Source: Myxococcota bacterium | GTDB taxonomy: Bacteria; Myxococcota_A; UBA9160; SZUA-336 | DNA length: 64,000 nt | Direction of reading: 5' to 3' | NCBI GenBank assembly: GCA_965247115.1 | Contig: CBDFGR010000002.1 | Span: forward strand, 1,408,001-1,472,000 | Part shown: one piece after another, positions 1 to 10,806 of the stretch | How the letters are laid out: each line of letters opens with the position of its first letter | Position numbering within the stretch: position 1 is the first letter of the stretch | Notes under the pieces: generated by a model | What the model saw: the letters and a program-made list of their open reading frames with translations, nothing else | The model's database searches: none | Told to the model about the DNA's origin: nothing | Position numbers and translations under genes: made by a program

Positions 1-1434
1 CTCGTCACGGATGGCGGGATCCAGCTGCGGCGCGAAGGCGCGATCCTCCTGCCAGTTCGCCCGGATCTGCTCGCGGTTCTCCCAGAACCCGACCGCCAGG
101 CCTGCGAGGTAGGCGGCGCCAAGGGCCGTCGTCTCGTGCACGACGGGACGTCGCACGGGTATCCCGAGCAGGTCGGCCTGGAACTGCATCAAGAAGTCGT
201 TCGCAGCAGCGCCGCCATCGACCTGGAGCTGGGGGATCGTGAGCTTCGTATCCTGCTCGAAGCAGCGCAGCACCTCCGCGCTCTGATAGGCGATGCATTC
301 GAGCGCCGCGCGCACCAGGTGGGCGCGACCCGAGCCGCGCGTGAGACCGACCAGGGTCCCGCGCGCCTCGGGGTCCCAGTAGGGGGCGCCCAGGCCGGTG
401 AAGGCAGGCACAAGGTAGACCCCGCCGGTGCTTTCGACGGAGCGTGCAATCGCCTCGCTCTCCGCCGCGTCTTTGAGCAACCCCAGCTCGTCACGCAGCC
501 ACTGGATCGCCGCGCCCGCCACGAAGACCGAGCCCTCGAGCGCGTACTCGATCGTGCCGTCCACCCCCCATGCGATCGTCGTGAGCAGCCCGGACTCGGA
601 GCGGTGCGGCACGGTCCCCGTGTTCATCAGCATGAAGCAGCCGGTGCCGTACGTGTTCTTCGTCGCTCCACGGTCGAAGCATGTCTGACCGAACAGCGCC
701 GCCTGCTGATCGCCCGCCATCCCCGAGATCGGGATGCTCGCGCCGTCAAGGAGCTCTGCGTCGGTCCGCCCGAACTCGCCGCTGGAGTCGCGAACCTCCG
801 GGAGCAGCGCCGCCGGAATATCCAGCGCCTCAAGCAGCTCGGGATCCCAGCGCAGGGCGTGAAGATCGTAGATCAAGGTCCTGGACGCGTTGCTGTACTC
901 CGTAGCGTGAACTCTTCCGCCCGTGAGCTTGTAGACGAGCCAGCTGTCGATCGTTCCAAAGGCCAGCTCCCCACGCACAGCGCCATCGCGCGCGCCAGCG
1001 ACATTGTCGAGGATCCACTTGATCTTGGTTCCGGAGAAATAGGGGTCCAGCAGAAGACCGGTACGCTCCGTGAAGAGGGGCTCGAGCCCGCGCTGCTTGA
1101 GCTCTTCGCAGATTGGTGTCGTCTGCCGCGATTGCCACACGATGGCCGGACAGATAGGCCGCCCGGTCGACCTCTCCCAGATGACGGTCGTCTCGCGCTG
1201 ATTCGTGATGCCGATGGCCGCGATCTCAGCGTAGCGAGCTCCCGCTCGACCGACGACGCCTCGAAGCGCGCGCAGCTGAGTGTCCCAGATCTCGTTCGCA
1301 TCGTGCTCGACCCAGCCCGGCTGGGGATAGTGCTGCTGGAACTCGTGCGCTTCGCTCGCGACGCTGCGCCCGGACTCGTCGAACAGGATCGCGCGCGAGC
1401 TCGTGGTGCCCTGGTCGAGGGCCAAGACGTACAT
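1..1434 (-). CDS. glpK: Glycerol kinase (3' end runs off the window)
   Basis: Not in the ORF track. Manual translation from ATG at 1434 gives [18 protein letters not shown], the FGGY-kinase N-terminal motif. Internal GlpK-type motifs (KNTYGTG, DGGAAAN) are visible on the minus strand. Confidence 0.93.
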   Translation of the reverse strand, partial: MYVLALDQGTTSSRAILFDESGRSVASEAHEFQQHYPQPGWVEHDANEIWDTQLRALRGVVGRAGARYAEIAAIGITNQRETTVIWERSTGRPICPAIVWQSRQTTPICEELKQRGLEPLFTERTGLLLDPYFSGTKIKWILDNVAGARDGAVRGELAFGTIDSWLVYKLTGGRVHATEYSNASRTLIYDLHALRWDPELLEALDIPAALLPEVRDSSGEFGRTDAELLDGASIPISGMAGDQQAALFGQTCFDRGATKNTYGTGCFMLMNTGTVPHRSESGLLTTIAWGVDGTIEYALEGSVFVAGAAIQWLRDELGLLKDAAESEAIARSVESTGGVYLVPAFTGLGAPYWDPEARGTLVGLTRGSGRAHLVRAALECIAYQSAEVLRCFEQDTKLTIPQLQVDGGAAANDFLMQFQADLLGIPVRRPVVHETTALGAAYLAGLAVGFWENREQIRANWQEDRAFAPQLDPAIRDE

Positions 1435-1443
1435 GAGCGCTCC

Positions 1444-2475
1444 CTAACCTTCTATAGGGGAGAACAGCGCGCCGGCAAACTCCTCCGGCACGAAGTCGGC
1501 AAGATCCTCCAGCCCTTCTCCGAGCCCCACGTAGCGCACGGGTAGCCCGACCTCCTCGGCAATGCCCAGGACAACCCCGCCCTTGGCTGTCCCATCGAGC
1601 TTGCAGAGGATGATCCCCGAGACGGCCACCGCGTCGGCAAACTCACGCGCCTGGCGGATCGCGTTCTGTCCCGTGTTCGCGTCGAGGACCAGTAGTACCT
1701 CGTGAGGTGCATCCGGGATCTCTTTCTGCAGCACTCGGGAGATCTTCGCCAGCTCGTCCATCAGGCCGCGGTCGGTCTGCAGCCGGCCGGCCGTGTCGAC
1801 GATGACCACGTCGAAGTCACGGGCGCACGCCGCCTTCACAGCGTCATAGGCTACCGCGGCCGGGTCGCCCCCAGGACTACCCTTCACGATCTCAGCGCCG
1901 GCGCGGTCCGCCCAGACGCCGAGCTGCTCGATGGCCGCCGCGCGGAAGGTATCGCCCGCCGCGACCAGCACCCTGTCGCCCTGCTGCCCGAAACGCGCGG
2001 CGAGCTTTCCGATCGACGTCGTCTTTCCTGAGCCGTTGACACCGACCACGAGGACCACATGGGGGCGGGCCTTCCGCGGTACGTCGGCAGAGGGTTGGGC
2101 GCGCAGGATCTCCAAAGCGCGCGCCTCGAGACGGGTCTTGATCTCCGCGGGAGACGTGGCCTCGCGCGCGCTCTCGAGCAGCGCCTCCGCCGTGCGCACG
2201 CCGAGATCGGCTCCGAACAGGAGCTCTTCGAGCTCGCTGAAGGTCTCCGCATCGAGCTCCGCCCGTCCCCGAAGCAGCCTCTCGAGAGGTCCGACCAACG
2301 CTCGGCGGCTCCTCTCGAGTCCCGAGCGGAGGTCCGGAGCCCGCCTCAGTGCGGGAACGGGGCGATCGCGAGCGAGCACGGCTCTGGGGAACGCCACTGC
2401 AAAGCTCGTGAGCAGCAGCACCAGGCAGGCACCGACCCACAGGAACAGAACCAGGTGCAGGGTCTCCAGGCTCAT
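1444..2475 (-). CDS. ftsY: Signal recognition particle receptor FtsY with N-terminal membrane anchor
   Basis: GVNGSGKTT, DTFRAAA, DTAGRLQT, KLDGTAKGG motifs; follows smc. Confidence 0.95.
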   Translation of the reverse strand: MSLETLHLVLFLWVGACLVLLLTSFAVAFPRAVLARDRPVPALRRAPDLRSGLERSRRALVGPLERLLRGRAELDAETFSELEELLFGADLGVRTAEALLESAREATSPAEIKTRLEARALEILRAQPSADVPRKARPHVVLVVGVNGSGKTTSIGKLAARFGQQGDRVLVAAGDTFRAAAIEQLGVWADRAGAEIVKGSPGGDPAAVAYDAVKAACARDFDVVIVDTAGRLQTDRGLMDELAKISRVLQKEIPDAPHEVLLVLDANTGQNAIRQAREFADAVAVSGIILCKLDGTAKGGVVLGIAEEVGLPVRYVGLGEGLEDLADFVPEEFAGALFSPIEG

Positions 2476-2487
2476 CGCGGCGGGAGT

Positions 2488-5400
2488 CTACGGCAGAAGA
2501 TCAACGGTGACGAGCTTGGAGAGACCCGGCTCCTGCATGGTGACGCCGAAGAGAGTGTTCGCGATCTCGATCGTGCCCTTGTTGTGCGTGATGAGCAGGA
2601 ACTGTGAGGATTTGACACGTTCCCGCAGCAGGTCGTTGAAGCGATCCACGTTTGCGTCGTCGAGTGCCGCATCGACCTCGTCGAGCAGAAAGAACGGCGA
2701 GGGCTTGACTGCGAAGACAGCCATGAGCAGGGCGAGCGCGGTAAGCGCTTTCTCACCCCCTGAGAGCAGGTTCACGTTCTGCAGTCGCTTACCCGGCGGC
2801 TGCGCGGTGATCTCGATGCCGGCCTCGAGCACGTCCTCCGCCTCGGTCAGCGACAGGTGGGCCCGGCCACCGTTGAAGATGCGCGGGAACATCTGCTGGA
2901 ACTCCGCGTCGATTGCCTCGAACGTCGTGCGGAAGCGGGTGCGACTCGTGCGGTTGATGCGCGCGATTGCGTTGCGCAGGCGCTCGATCGAGGTCTCGAG
3001 GTCTGCTCTTTGCTCGGAGAGGTAGCGGTTGCGCTCCGATACCTCCTCGTACTCCTCGATCGCGCCAAGGTGCACCTCGCCAAGCGAGCGCAAGCTCTCG
3101 CGCAGCCGCTCGAGCTCCCGCTGTCGTCCCTCGGGATCGCCCTCGAGGTGTTCGGGCTCGGGCGCGTACTCCGCCACCTCCACCTCGAAGCGCTCCCGGA
3201 TCCGCCCGGAGAGCTGCTCGCACTGGAGACGTGCCTCCTGCAGTGCGAGCTCGCAGCTAGCCACCCGCTCGCGCTGAGACTCCCGTTCGCGAGCGGTTGT
3301 GCGCGAGTCGTTCTCGGCGGCCTCGACCTCCGCCGAGCGACTCTCGTAGGCCGTCCGCAGGGACTCCATGGCGGCTCGGCGGGTCTCCTCTGCCGCGATC
3401 GCGGTCGCGAGCTGCTCCTCGTCGCTGGTGGTCGAGCGTGCGAGCGACTCCGCCCGGTCGCGCGCACCCCGAACCTCTTCGGTCCAGCGCGTGATCCACT
3501 CGCGCCCCTCGTCCACGGCCGCCTGGAGGCGATTGCGGGTTTCCTGGGACTGGTCGCGGCGAGCCCCGAGCTCGGCCAGCTCGATTCGCGCCTGCACCAG
3601 CCGTTGCTCCAGGCGCTCTCGGTCGCGAGACAGCGCGGCGATCTGGGAGCGCAGGTCATCGGACTGCGACTCGACCTGTGCGCGCTCCCTCTCGATCGAG
3701 CCGAGGCGCTGGCCCTGTGTCGTGTGCTCCTCGTTTGCGCGGTCCAGCTGGGAGACCAGGCCAGCCTTGGCCCCCCGGTGCTCCTCCACGGACCCGAACG
3801 CCTCCTTCGCGCGCTCGCGCATGCGCTCGAGATCCTTCTCGAGGTTCACGACCGCGAGCTCGGCCGTATGGGCGCGATTGCGCCCGTTCTCGACCTCCCG
3901 AGCAAGCGTCGCGACCCGGCTCGTGCACTCGGAAACTCGCGCCTCCGCCGCCTCCTTGCGCGGCTGCAGCTCTCCTCTGGCCAGGCGCAGCCTGCTGAGC
4001 TCGCTCGAGCGAACGAGCGCGCCGGGAGGCGCCCCCAGCCCACCCGTCAGAGCCCCGCGGCGATCGAGCACCTCGCCCTCCCGGGTCACGAAGACGGCGG
4101 GAGCTCCGACTGGCGAGCGCGACACGGCCTCCTCGAGATTCCCGACCAGAACCACGTCGTGCAGCAGCCGGTCGACCAGGGGCCCATAGGGCTCGTCGAC
4201 CCGGACCCGTTCGAGCAATCGGACTCCGGGCGGTGGCGAGCCCGAGGTACGGTCCGGCTTCGACGCAAACGCGTCGCCGACCGGAAGAACGGTCAACCTG
4301 GCGACCGAGGACGTGCGCAGCCAGGCGAGAAGCTCGAGCGCGGCCGGGGAGTCGTCCACGACGATGGCGTCCAGGAGATCGGCCAGCACGGCTTCGAGCG
4401 CGGCCTCCAGGCCCGGCTCCGCGTGGATCACGCCGGACAGCAGCCCTCGGATCCGCCGCCCATGCTGCTCGGGCATCTGTTCCAGGATCTCCGCGACGCG
4501 GCGGGTGGCGCGCCGCTCGAGCTCCTCCAACGAGGCGAGCTGGGCCGCAGCCTGGTCCGCCTCCGCCCGCACGAGGTCGAACTCCCCGCGGGCTTCCACG
4601 AGCTCCGCCTCGGCGCTCGCGAGCGCCCGCAGCTGCTGGCTGAGCTGACGGCCCAGCCCGTCCCGCTCGGCGAGGGAGCTTCGCAGCTGCCGCTCGAACC
4701 CGAGCTCTTCCCCGCGCAAGCTCTCCGCGTGCAGACTGCTCGCCTCGAAGAGCTCGTCGCTCCGGCGCACGCGTTGCTCGAGCTCCGCACTCCTATCTTC
4801 CAGCGAACGGCCCTCGCTCTCGAGGCCCGCCTCCTCGGCCGCGAGCTCCACCAGCCGGTTCTGGAGCGCCTCCCGCTGCCCCTGTAGGGACGAGAGCTGC
4901 TCGCTCAATTCTCGAAGCTGGGCGTCTCGCTTCTCGAGCTCCGCCTCATCGTTCTTGAGCGCCTGCTCCGCAAGAGCGAACTCGCTGATGACCTGACTGA
5001 GCGAGCTCGTGTGGACGCTCTGCTGCCCGCGCCGCTGCTCGACCTCTGCCGCTCGTTCTTCCGCGAGCTTCTGCAGGCTGGCGCGCTCTCGCCGCTGGTA
5101 CTCGATGCGACTCTCGATCGACTGGATCTGAGAGCGCAGCTCGAAGAGATCCTCGCTCGTCTTCTGCATCGCGCGCTCTCGTTCGAGGTGCGCCCGCCGA
5201 CTGTCCTCCACCCGCGAGTCTGCCCGCGCAATGCGGGCATCGAGATCGAAGCCCTCCGTGCGGAGCTGCCCGAGCTCGCGCTCCGCCGAGCCGAGCTTGT
5301 CCGCGTAGCGCCCGTACTCCTCGCTCGCCACGACCAGCTCCAGGTCGCGCGCGCGGGCTCGGAGCTTCTTGTACTGGTTCGCACGGCGCGACATGCGCTC

Positions 5401-6024
5401 GAGCGACGCGATCTGGCGTCGGAGCTCGCTCAAGATGTCCGTCACGCGCAGCAGGTTCTGCTCCGTCGCGCGGAGCTTGCTCTCGGTCTCGCGCCGACGC
5501 TGTCGATACTTTCCGATGCCTGCCGCCTCCTCGAAGATGAAGCGGCGCTCTTCTGGCTTCGTCGAGACCACCTCGGCCACGCGGCCCTGCTCGACGATCG
5601 TATAGCCGCGCGTACCGACTCCGGTATCCATGAAGAAGTCTGTGATGTCGCGGAGTCGGCAGGGGGCCCGGTTGAGCAGGTACTCGCTCTCGCCTGAGCG
5701 GTAGAGGCGGCGCGTGACCTGGATCTCGGAGAAGTCCCTGTAGATGCCTGGCGCGAGGCCGTCCGAGTTGTCGAGTGTCATCGTGACCTCGGCCATACCG
5801 ACGGCCGGCTTCGACTCGGTCCCCGCAAAGATGACGTCGTCCATCATCCGACCGCGCAGATGCCGCGGGTTTTGCTCGCCCATGACCCAGCGGATCGCGT
5901 CGACGACGTTCGACTTCCCGCAGCCATTCGGGCCGACGATCGCCGAGACTCCTCCCTCGAACGCGAGCACCGTTCGCTCGCCGAACGATTTGAACCCGGT
6001 GATCTCTACGGATCGTATCCGCAC
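2488..6024 (-). CDS. smc: Chromosome segregation protein SMC
   Basis: GFKSF, GPNGCGKSN Walker A, long coiled coils with a central hinge, LSGGE signature, LLDEVDAALD; 1178 aa. Confidence 0.96.
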   Translation of the reverse strand: MRIRSVEITGFKSFGERTVLAFEGGVSAIVGPNGCGKSNVVDAIRWVMGEQNPRHLRGRMMDDVIFAGTESKPAVGMAEVTMTLDNSDGLAPGIYRDFSEIQVTRRLYRSGESEYLLNRAPCRLRDITDFFMDTGVGTRGYTIVEQGRVAEVVSTKPEERRFIFEEAAGIGKYRQRRRETESKLRATEQNLLRVTDILSELRRQIASLERMSRRANQYKKLRARARDLELVVASEEYGRYADKLGSAERELGQLRTEGFDLDARIARADSRVEDSRRAHLERERAMQKTSEDLFELRSQIQSIESRIEYQRRERASLQKLAEERAAEVEQRRGQQSVHTSSLSQVISEFALAEQALKNDEAELEKRDAQLRELSEQLSSLQGQREALQNRLVELAAEEAGLESEGRSLEDRSAELEQRVRRSDELFEASSLHAESLRGEELGFERQLRSSLAERDGLGRQLSQQLRALASAEAELVEARGEFDLVRAEADQAAAQLASLEELERRATRRVAEILEQMPEQHGRRIRGLLSGVIHAEPGLEAALEAVLADLLDAIVVDDSPAALELLAWLRTSSVARLTVLPVGDAFASKPDRTSGSPPPGVRLLERVRVDEPYGPLVDRLLHDVVLVGNLEEAVSRSPVGAPAVFVTREGEVLDRRGALTGGLGAPPGALVRSSELSRLRLARGELQPRKEAAEARVSECTSRVATLAREVENGRNRAHTAELAVVNLEKDLERMRERAKEAFGSVEEHRGAKAGLVSQLDRANEEHTTQGQRLGSIERERAQVESQSDDLRSQIAALSRDRERLEQRLVQARIELAELGARRDQSQETRNRLQAAVDEGREWITRWTEEVRGARDRAESLARSTTSDEEQLATAIAAEETRRAAMESLRTAYESRSAEVEAAENDSRTTARERESQRERVASCELALQEARLQCEQLSGRIRERFEVEVAEYAPEPEHLEGDPEGRQRELERLRESLRSLGEVHLGAIEEYEEVSERNRYLSEQRADLETSIERLRNAIARINRTSRTRFRTTFEAIDAEFQQMFPRIFNGGRAHLSLTEAEDVLEAGIEITAQPPGKRLQNVNLLSGGEKALTALALLMAVFAVKPSPFFLLDEVDAALDDANVDRFNDLLRERVKSSQFLLITHNKGTIEIANTLFGVTMQEPGLSKLVTVDLLP

Positions 6025-6173
6025 CCGAGCGTCGTCCCCGCCATTCGTCTGGTCATGCTCTGGGGGGACCTGACCGACGGCTCACAAGAGAAAATTAGGC
6101 CATCTCGACGTGTGGAAGCTAGCACACACGAGACACGCAGCGCACCCCGGGAACACCCCCGCCACGGACTCGC

Positions 6174-7997
6174 TCAGGCTGCCCTCTCCTGCTCCGCGTA
6201 CTGCAGCTGATACAGCCGCCAGTAGAGGCCGCGCTTCGCGAGCAGCGCGTCGTGGGTCCCCACCTCGCGCAGCTCGCCGTGGTGCAGGACGTAGATCCGG
6301 TCGACGTCGCGGATGGTGGAGAGCCGGTGCGCGACGACGATGGAGGTCTTGCCCTCGATCAGGCGGTGGACCGCATCCTGCACGAGCGCCTCCGTCTCGG
6401 TGTCGACGTTGGAGGTAGCCTCGTCCAGCAAGAGGATCGCGGGCCGCCGCGCCAGAGCGCGCGCAAAGGAGATGAGCTGGCGCTCGCCCACCGAGAAGTT
6501 CGTGCCCCGTTCGTTCACCTGCTCCGCATAGCCGGCGGGCAGACGCCCCACGAACTCATCCAGGTGCACGGTCCGGGCGGCGGCCTCGATGGCGGACCCG
6601 GGAATGTCCTCTCGCCCCAGCCCGATGTTGTAGGCCAGGCTGCCCGTGAACAGGAACACGTCCTGGAGCACAAAGGCGAGATGACGGCGCAGCTCGCGCC
6701 GCGGGATCTCGCGGATGTCCGTCCCATCGACAAGGATCCGACCGGACTGGGGCTCGTACAGGCGCAGGAGCAGCTTGAGCACCGTCGTCTTTCCGGCGCC
6801 CGTGTGGCCGACCAGCGCGACCCGCTCGCCGGGCTCGATCCGGAACGAGACGTCGTGCAGGATCGCCTCTTCGTCGTACGCGAAGGTGACGTTCTCGAAC
6901 ACCACCTCCCCCTGAACACTCGGCGGCCCGCTTCCGTGCTGCTCCGGATCGGGCTCGCTGTCGAGCAGCTGGAACGTCCTCTCCAGACTCGCCATCGAGG
7001 ATTGCATGACTGAGTACTTCGCCGACAGATCCTGGAGCGGGCGGTAGAAGCGCCGCATGTAGTCGACGAAGACATACAGCACGCCGATGCCGAACTCGCC
7101 GACCCCGATGCGAAGGGCGCCGTACCACAGGATGAAGGCCATCGTCAGGTTCACGGCCATCTCGATCGAGGCCGAGAGCAGCGCGTCGTAGTTGATCGAC
7201 GTGAACCAGGCGTTGCGGTGCTCCAGGTTGATCCCGGCGAAGTCGTCGAAGTTTCTGCGCTCCCGCGCAAAGAGCTGGACGACCTTCATTCCGGAGATCG
7301 TCTCCTGCAGGTGCGCGTTGATTCGCGCGATCTTGATGCGCACCATGCGGTAGGCCTGCCGCACCTTCCAGCGCATGATGACGGCCGCAATCGCGAGCAG
7401 GGGCACCACGCCCATCGCCACCAGGGCGAGGCGCCAGTCGATCCAGAAGAGCAGGCCGGCGAACACGACCATGACAAACAGGTCCGCAACGAGCTGGACC
7501 AGGCCGCTCCCGAACATCTCGCCGACCGCCTCGACGTCGTTGCCGATGCGCGTGACGAGGCGACCCACCGGATAGTGGTCGAAGAACCTCATCGGCAGGC
7601 GCTGGACGTGATCGAAGAGGTCGCTGCGCAGCGTGAACATTGCGCGCTGCCCCATCACCGTCATCGAGAACATGCGCGCGAACTCGACCACGGCCCCGAG
7701 GGCCATCGCCAGCAGCAGCACGAACGCGATCCAGGGGATCTGCGGCAGCTCGCCGGGCGGATCGGCCAGGCGGCCAAGAAAGCCGAGATCCTCGCTCGGC
7801 TCTGCTCCAACGAGCGCATCGAGACCACTCCCGATCAGCGGACCGGGCAGTACCTCGACCAGAGCGCGCAGCGGGATGAGCAGTAGGGCCAGCACGATCA
7901 GGCGCCAGTGCGAGCGCAGGTACGGCCACAGGCGGCGGATTAGCTGCGAATCGTAGACCTTCCCGAGCACCTCCTCGTCGTGAAAACCCGGGGTCAC
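6174..7997 (-). CDS. ABC exporter subunit (TMD+NBD), heterodimeric TM288/TmrA-like
   Basis: GHTGAGKT Walker A, degenerate signature FSVGE, Walker B LLLDE, AHRLST; overlaps its partner gene by 4 bp. Confidence 0.9.
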   Translation of the reverse strand: MTPGFHDEEVLGKVYDSQLIRRLWPYLRSHWRLIVLALLLIPLRALVEVLPGPLIGSGLDALVGAEPSEDLGFLGRLADPPGELPQIPWIAFVLLLAMALGAVVEFARMFSMTVMGQRAMFTLRSDLFDHVQRLPMRFFDHYPVGRLVTRIGNDVEAVGEMFGSGLVQLVADLFVMVVFAGLLFWIDWRLALVAMGVVPLLAIAAVIMRWKVRQAYRMVRIKIARINAHLQETISGMKVVQLFARERRNFDDFAGINLEHRNAWFTSINYDALLSASIEMAVNLTMAFILWYGALRIGVGEFGIGVLYVFVDYMRRFYRPLQDLSAKYSVMQSSMASLERTFQLLDSEPDPEQHGSGPPSVQGEVVFENVTFAYDEEAILHDVSFRIEPGERVALVGHTGAGKTTVLKLLLRLYEPQSGRILVDGTDIREIPRRELRRHLAFVLQDVFLFTGSLAYNIGLGREDIPGSAIEAAARTVHLDEFVGRLPAGYAEQVNERGTNFSVGERQLISFARALARRPAILLLDEATSNVDTETEALVQDAVHRLIEGKTSIVVAHRLSTIRDVDRIYVLHHGELREVGTHDALLAKRGLYWRLYQLQYAEQERAA

Positions 7998-9745
7998 GGC
8001 AGGTCTTCCTCGATCTCGGCCTCGAGTCGCTGTTGTCGGAACGTCCTGGCGTAGAAACCTTCGTTCTTCAGAAGCTCCTCGTGGCAGCCGAGCTCGGCCA
8101 CCCTGCCCTCGTCGAGGACGACGGTGAAGTCGGCGTCACGCACGGCGGACAGGCGATGGGCCACGATGAAGCAGCTGCGCCCGGAGCGCGCGCTCCGGAG
8201 CTCCTTGAGAATCGCCTCCTCGGTGGCTGCATCGACGCTCGAGAGGGCGTCGTCCAGGATCAGGATCGCGGGCTCGAGCAGGAGCGCGCGAGCCAGCGAG
8301 ATGCGCTGGCGCTGGCCCCCCGAGAGCGTGATGCCCCGCTCGCCGACCAGCGTATCGAAGCCCTGCGGGAACTCCTCGATGTCAGCCAGGACGTGCGCAC
8401 GGCGGGCGGCCTCGCGCACCTCGTCCAGGCTCGCGTCGGGCAGTCCGAAGCGGACGTTCTCGAGAATTGTCGTCGAGAAGAGGAAGCTGTCCTGCGGGAC
8501 CATCGCGATGCTCGAGCGCAGCAGCTGAAGGCGCAGCCGGTTGACGTCCGCTCCGTCGATGAAGACGCTCTCGTCCTTGATCTCGAGCAGCCTCGGCACT
8601 GCCGAGAGCAGCGTGCTCTTGCCGGATCCGATGGGCCCGACCACCCCGACCGTCTGACCGGCTTCGACAGCGAAGGAAACCTGCGACAGCGCGGGCCTCC
8701 GTCCCCGCCCAGGGTACGTGAAGTCGAGCTCGCGTACGCTCACCTGGCCGTCGATCTCGTCCCGGTCGATCAGGTCCGTGCGGTTCGCGATGCTGGGCTC
8801 CGTGTTCATGATCTCGCCGATCCGGCGCAGCCCCACGAGACCGCGCTGCGTGATGTTGATCACCCAGCCAATGTTGAAGGTGGGGTAGGTGAGCTGGAAC
8901 GTGTACATCAGGAACAGCCACAGGTCGCGCTGCTCCAGGGTTCCCCCGAGGACGCGCGTTCCTCCGACCGCGAGCACGATGATCGCGGCGAGCGTCGGCA
9001 GCGGCGCGATCGTCGCATGCATGCCCCCAGAGGTCAGTGCCAGCTGGATCTGACGACCGTAGAGCGACTGGTTCTCGCTGCGGAAGCGCTCCCGCTCGCG
9101 ATCCTCCATCGTGTAGGAGCGGACGACGAACACGCCAGCTGCGTTCTCCTGAACGGCTACAGAGAGCGACCCGAGCTGCTCCTGCGTCGCCAGGCTGGCG
9201 CTGTGCAGACGCGTTCCAAAGTAGCGCACGATCAGGATGAACAGGGGATAGGGCAAGAGCACCATGAGCGTGAGCTGCAGGTCGACCCAGGCCATGACCC
9301 CGATGGCGCCAAAGTACAGGATCGGCGTCTGCAAGATGTTCAGCACGCCCATGCCGAGGAACATCCGCACGTTGTTCACGTCGTTCACGGCCCGCGACAT
9401 CAGATCGCCGGTGCGCTGTCGCGCGAAGTACGACTGCGGCAGACGCTGCAGGTGGGCGAACAAGTCGTTCCGCAGCCGGTATTCGATCTCGCGACCGATG
9501 CGGAACAGCAGGAGCCGCGACCAGAGGCGCAGGATCGCGAACACCGTACTGACCGCGATCAGCACCAGCACGCCGCGCGTAACCGCTTGCAGCGGCAGCC
9601 CGTCCTCGATGCGACCGACCACGTCGCGCACGGATACCGGCACCATCTGAAAGGCGATGGCGTAGCCAACGGTCAGGATTGCGCCGACGACGTAGTGCCC
9701 GCGCACCTGCCGCATGTATGCGAAGACGCGCTGTCTCGGGGTCAA
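7994..9745 (-). CDS. ABC exporter subunit (TMD+NBD), heterodimeric TM287/TmrB-like
   Basis: GPIGSGKS, LSGGQ, non-catalytic Walker B ILILDD. Confidence 0.9.
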   Translation of the reverse strand: MTPRQRVFAYMRQVRGHYVVGAILTVGYAIAFQMVPVSVRDVVGRIEDGLPLQAVTRGVLVLIAVSTVFAILRLWSRLLLFRIGREIEYRLRNDLFAHLQRLPQSYFARQRTGDLMSRAVNDVNNVRMFLGMGVLNILQTPILYFGAIGVMAWVDLQLTLMVLLPYPLFILIVRYFGTRLHSASLATQEQLGSLSVAVQENAAGVFVVRSYTMEDRERERFRSENQSLYGRQIQLALTSGGMHATIAPLPTLAAIIVLAVGGTRVLGGTLEQRDLWLFLMYTFQLTYPTFNIGWVINITQRGLVGLRRIGEIMNTEPSIANRTDLIDRDEIDGQVSVRELDFTYPGRGRRPALSQVSFAVEAGQTVGVVGPIGSGKSTLLSAVPRLLEIKDESVFIDGADVNRLRLQLLRSSIAMVPQDSFLFSTTILENVRFGLPDASLDEVREAARRAHVLADIEEFPQGFDTLVGERGITLSGGQRQRISLARALLLEPAILILDDALSSVDAATEEAILKELRSARSGRSCFIVAHRLSAVRDADFTVVLDEGRVAELGCHEELLKNEGFYARTFRQQRLEAEIEEDLP

Positions 9746-9812
9746 GCTGGCTCCGGCCGAGAGCCGGGAAGACTACCACAGAACCCGACGAGACCCGAGA
9801 GCTCAGGGCCAC

Positions 9813-10514
9813 TCAGCGCGCCGGCCTGCGCGAGTACCAGCCCGCCACCCGCTCCCGGTCCAGACCCAGGCCCCACGCCAACAGCGCAACCTGGTTGCGC
9901 AGTGTCTGGCGCAGCACCCCGTTTCGCTCGTAGCGTCGAGCCGAGGTCCAGGCAGACTCCTGCAGCAGGGCGAGGCGCCCGCGCCTTCGGATCAGCCACA
10001 CCAGGTCCAGGTCCTCGAAGATCGGGACCGCTCGGATTCCACCCTGCGCGTCGATCAGCTCGCGTCGGATGAAGAGGGCCTGGTCTCCGAAGGGAAGCAA
10101 GGCAAGGCGCGAGCGCAGGCGCACGAGCAGCTCGGCCAGGCGGTAGATCCAGCGGTGCGAATCGAAGCCGAGCCGGAAGGCACCCCCCGCGACCGCGGCG
10201 TCGCCCAGGGAGGCCCGGATCGCCTCGAGCCAGCCAGGACCGAGGCGCGTATCGGCGTGCAGGAAGACGATCACCCCGGCCCTCGACTCGCGGTAGCCAA
10301 GGTCGAGCTGATGGGCCCGGCCGCTGGCGGAGTGGATCACCTTCTCGGCACCCAACGAGCGAGCCAGCTCCACAGTCCCGTCGCTCGATCCACCGTCGAC
10401 GACGATCCGCTCGACTCCCGGGAGGCGCGTGGACTCGAGGGCACGAGCGATGCTGTGCAGCTCGTTGAGTGCCGGGATCACGACACTGACCTCCGGCGCG
10501 AGCCTGGCTGCCAT
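9813..10514 (-). CDS. GT2 glycosyltransferase, TIGR04283-like
   Basis: VSVVIPALNE, VVDGGSSDGT, FLHADT, PFGDQALF, FEDL, TSARRY motifs. Confidence 0.85.
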   Translation of the reverse strand: MAARLAPEVSVVIPALNELHSIARALESTRLPGVERIVVDGGSSDGTVELARSLGAEKVIHSASGRAHQLDLGYRESRAGVIVFLHADTRLGPGWLEAIRASLGDAAVAGGAFRLGFDSHRWIYRLAELLVRLRSRLALLPFGDQALFIRRELIDAQGGIRAVPIFEDLDLVWLIRRRGRLALLQESAWTSARRYERNGVLRQTLRNQVALLAWGLGLDRERVAGWYSRRPAR

Positions 10515-10604
10515 GGGCGGGCCTCCGGAGCCGATTCTAGGCTACCGAACGCCGCGGTTGAGCCCCCAGGCGGCATTTGGTACTCACGCTAGCGGGAGAG
10601 CGTC

Positions 10605-10796
10605 ATGGCAGCTCAGTGTGAGATCTGCGGCAAGGGACCGACGGCCGGCAACAACGTCAGCCACGCCAACAACAAGACGCGGCGGCGCTTTTTGCCCAAT
10701 CTCCAGCGGGTCCGCGCCCGAGTCGGAGGCAGGGTGCGTCGGGTCCGCGTCTGCACCCGCTGCCTGCGCTCGGGAAGGGTGACCAAGGTCGCCTGA
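10605..10796 (+). CDS. rpmB: 50S ribosomal protein L28 (Cys-containing form)
   Basis: [26 protein letters not shown]...VCTRCLR. Confidence 0.97.
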   Translation: MAAQCEICGKGPTAGNNVSHANNKTRRRFLPNLQRVRARVGGRVRRVRVCTRCLRSGRVTKVA

Positions 10797-10806
10797 GAGA
10801 GTACCC

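Noticed and set aside
136..1545. 469-aa plus-strand ORF, and similar long ORFs at 2857-4887, 8033-10072, 11350-13377, 17569-18864 and 53671-55026
   Set aside because: Antisense shadows of clear genes (glpK, smc, ABC exporters, relA, zinc-ribbon gene). These are expected at high GC and contain no recognisable motifs.
2488..6024. SMC as part of a Wadjet/MksBEF defence system
   Set aside because: It is a canonical full-length SMC next to ftsY, with no jetA/B/D-like neighbours.
9813..10514. Arsenosugar biosynthesis cluster
   Set aside because: Only the widespread TIGR04283-like glycosyltransferase is present; there is no radical SAM or methyltransferase partner nearby.
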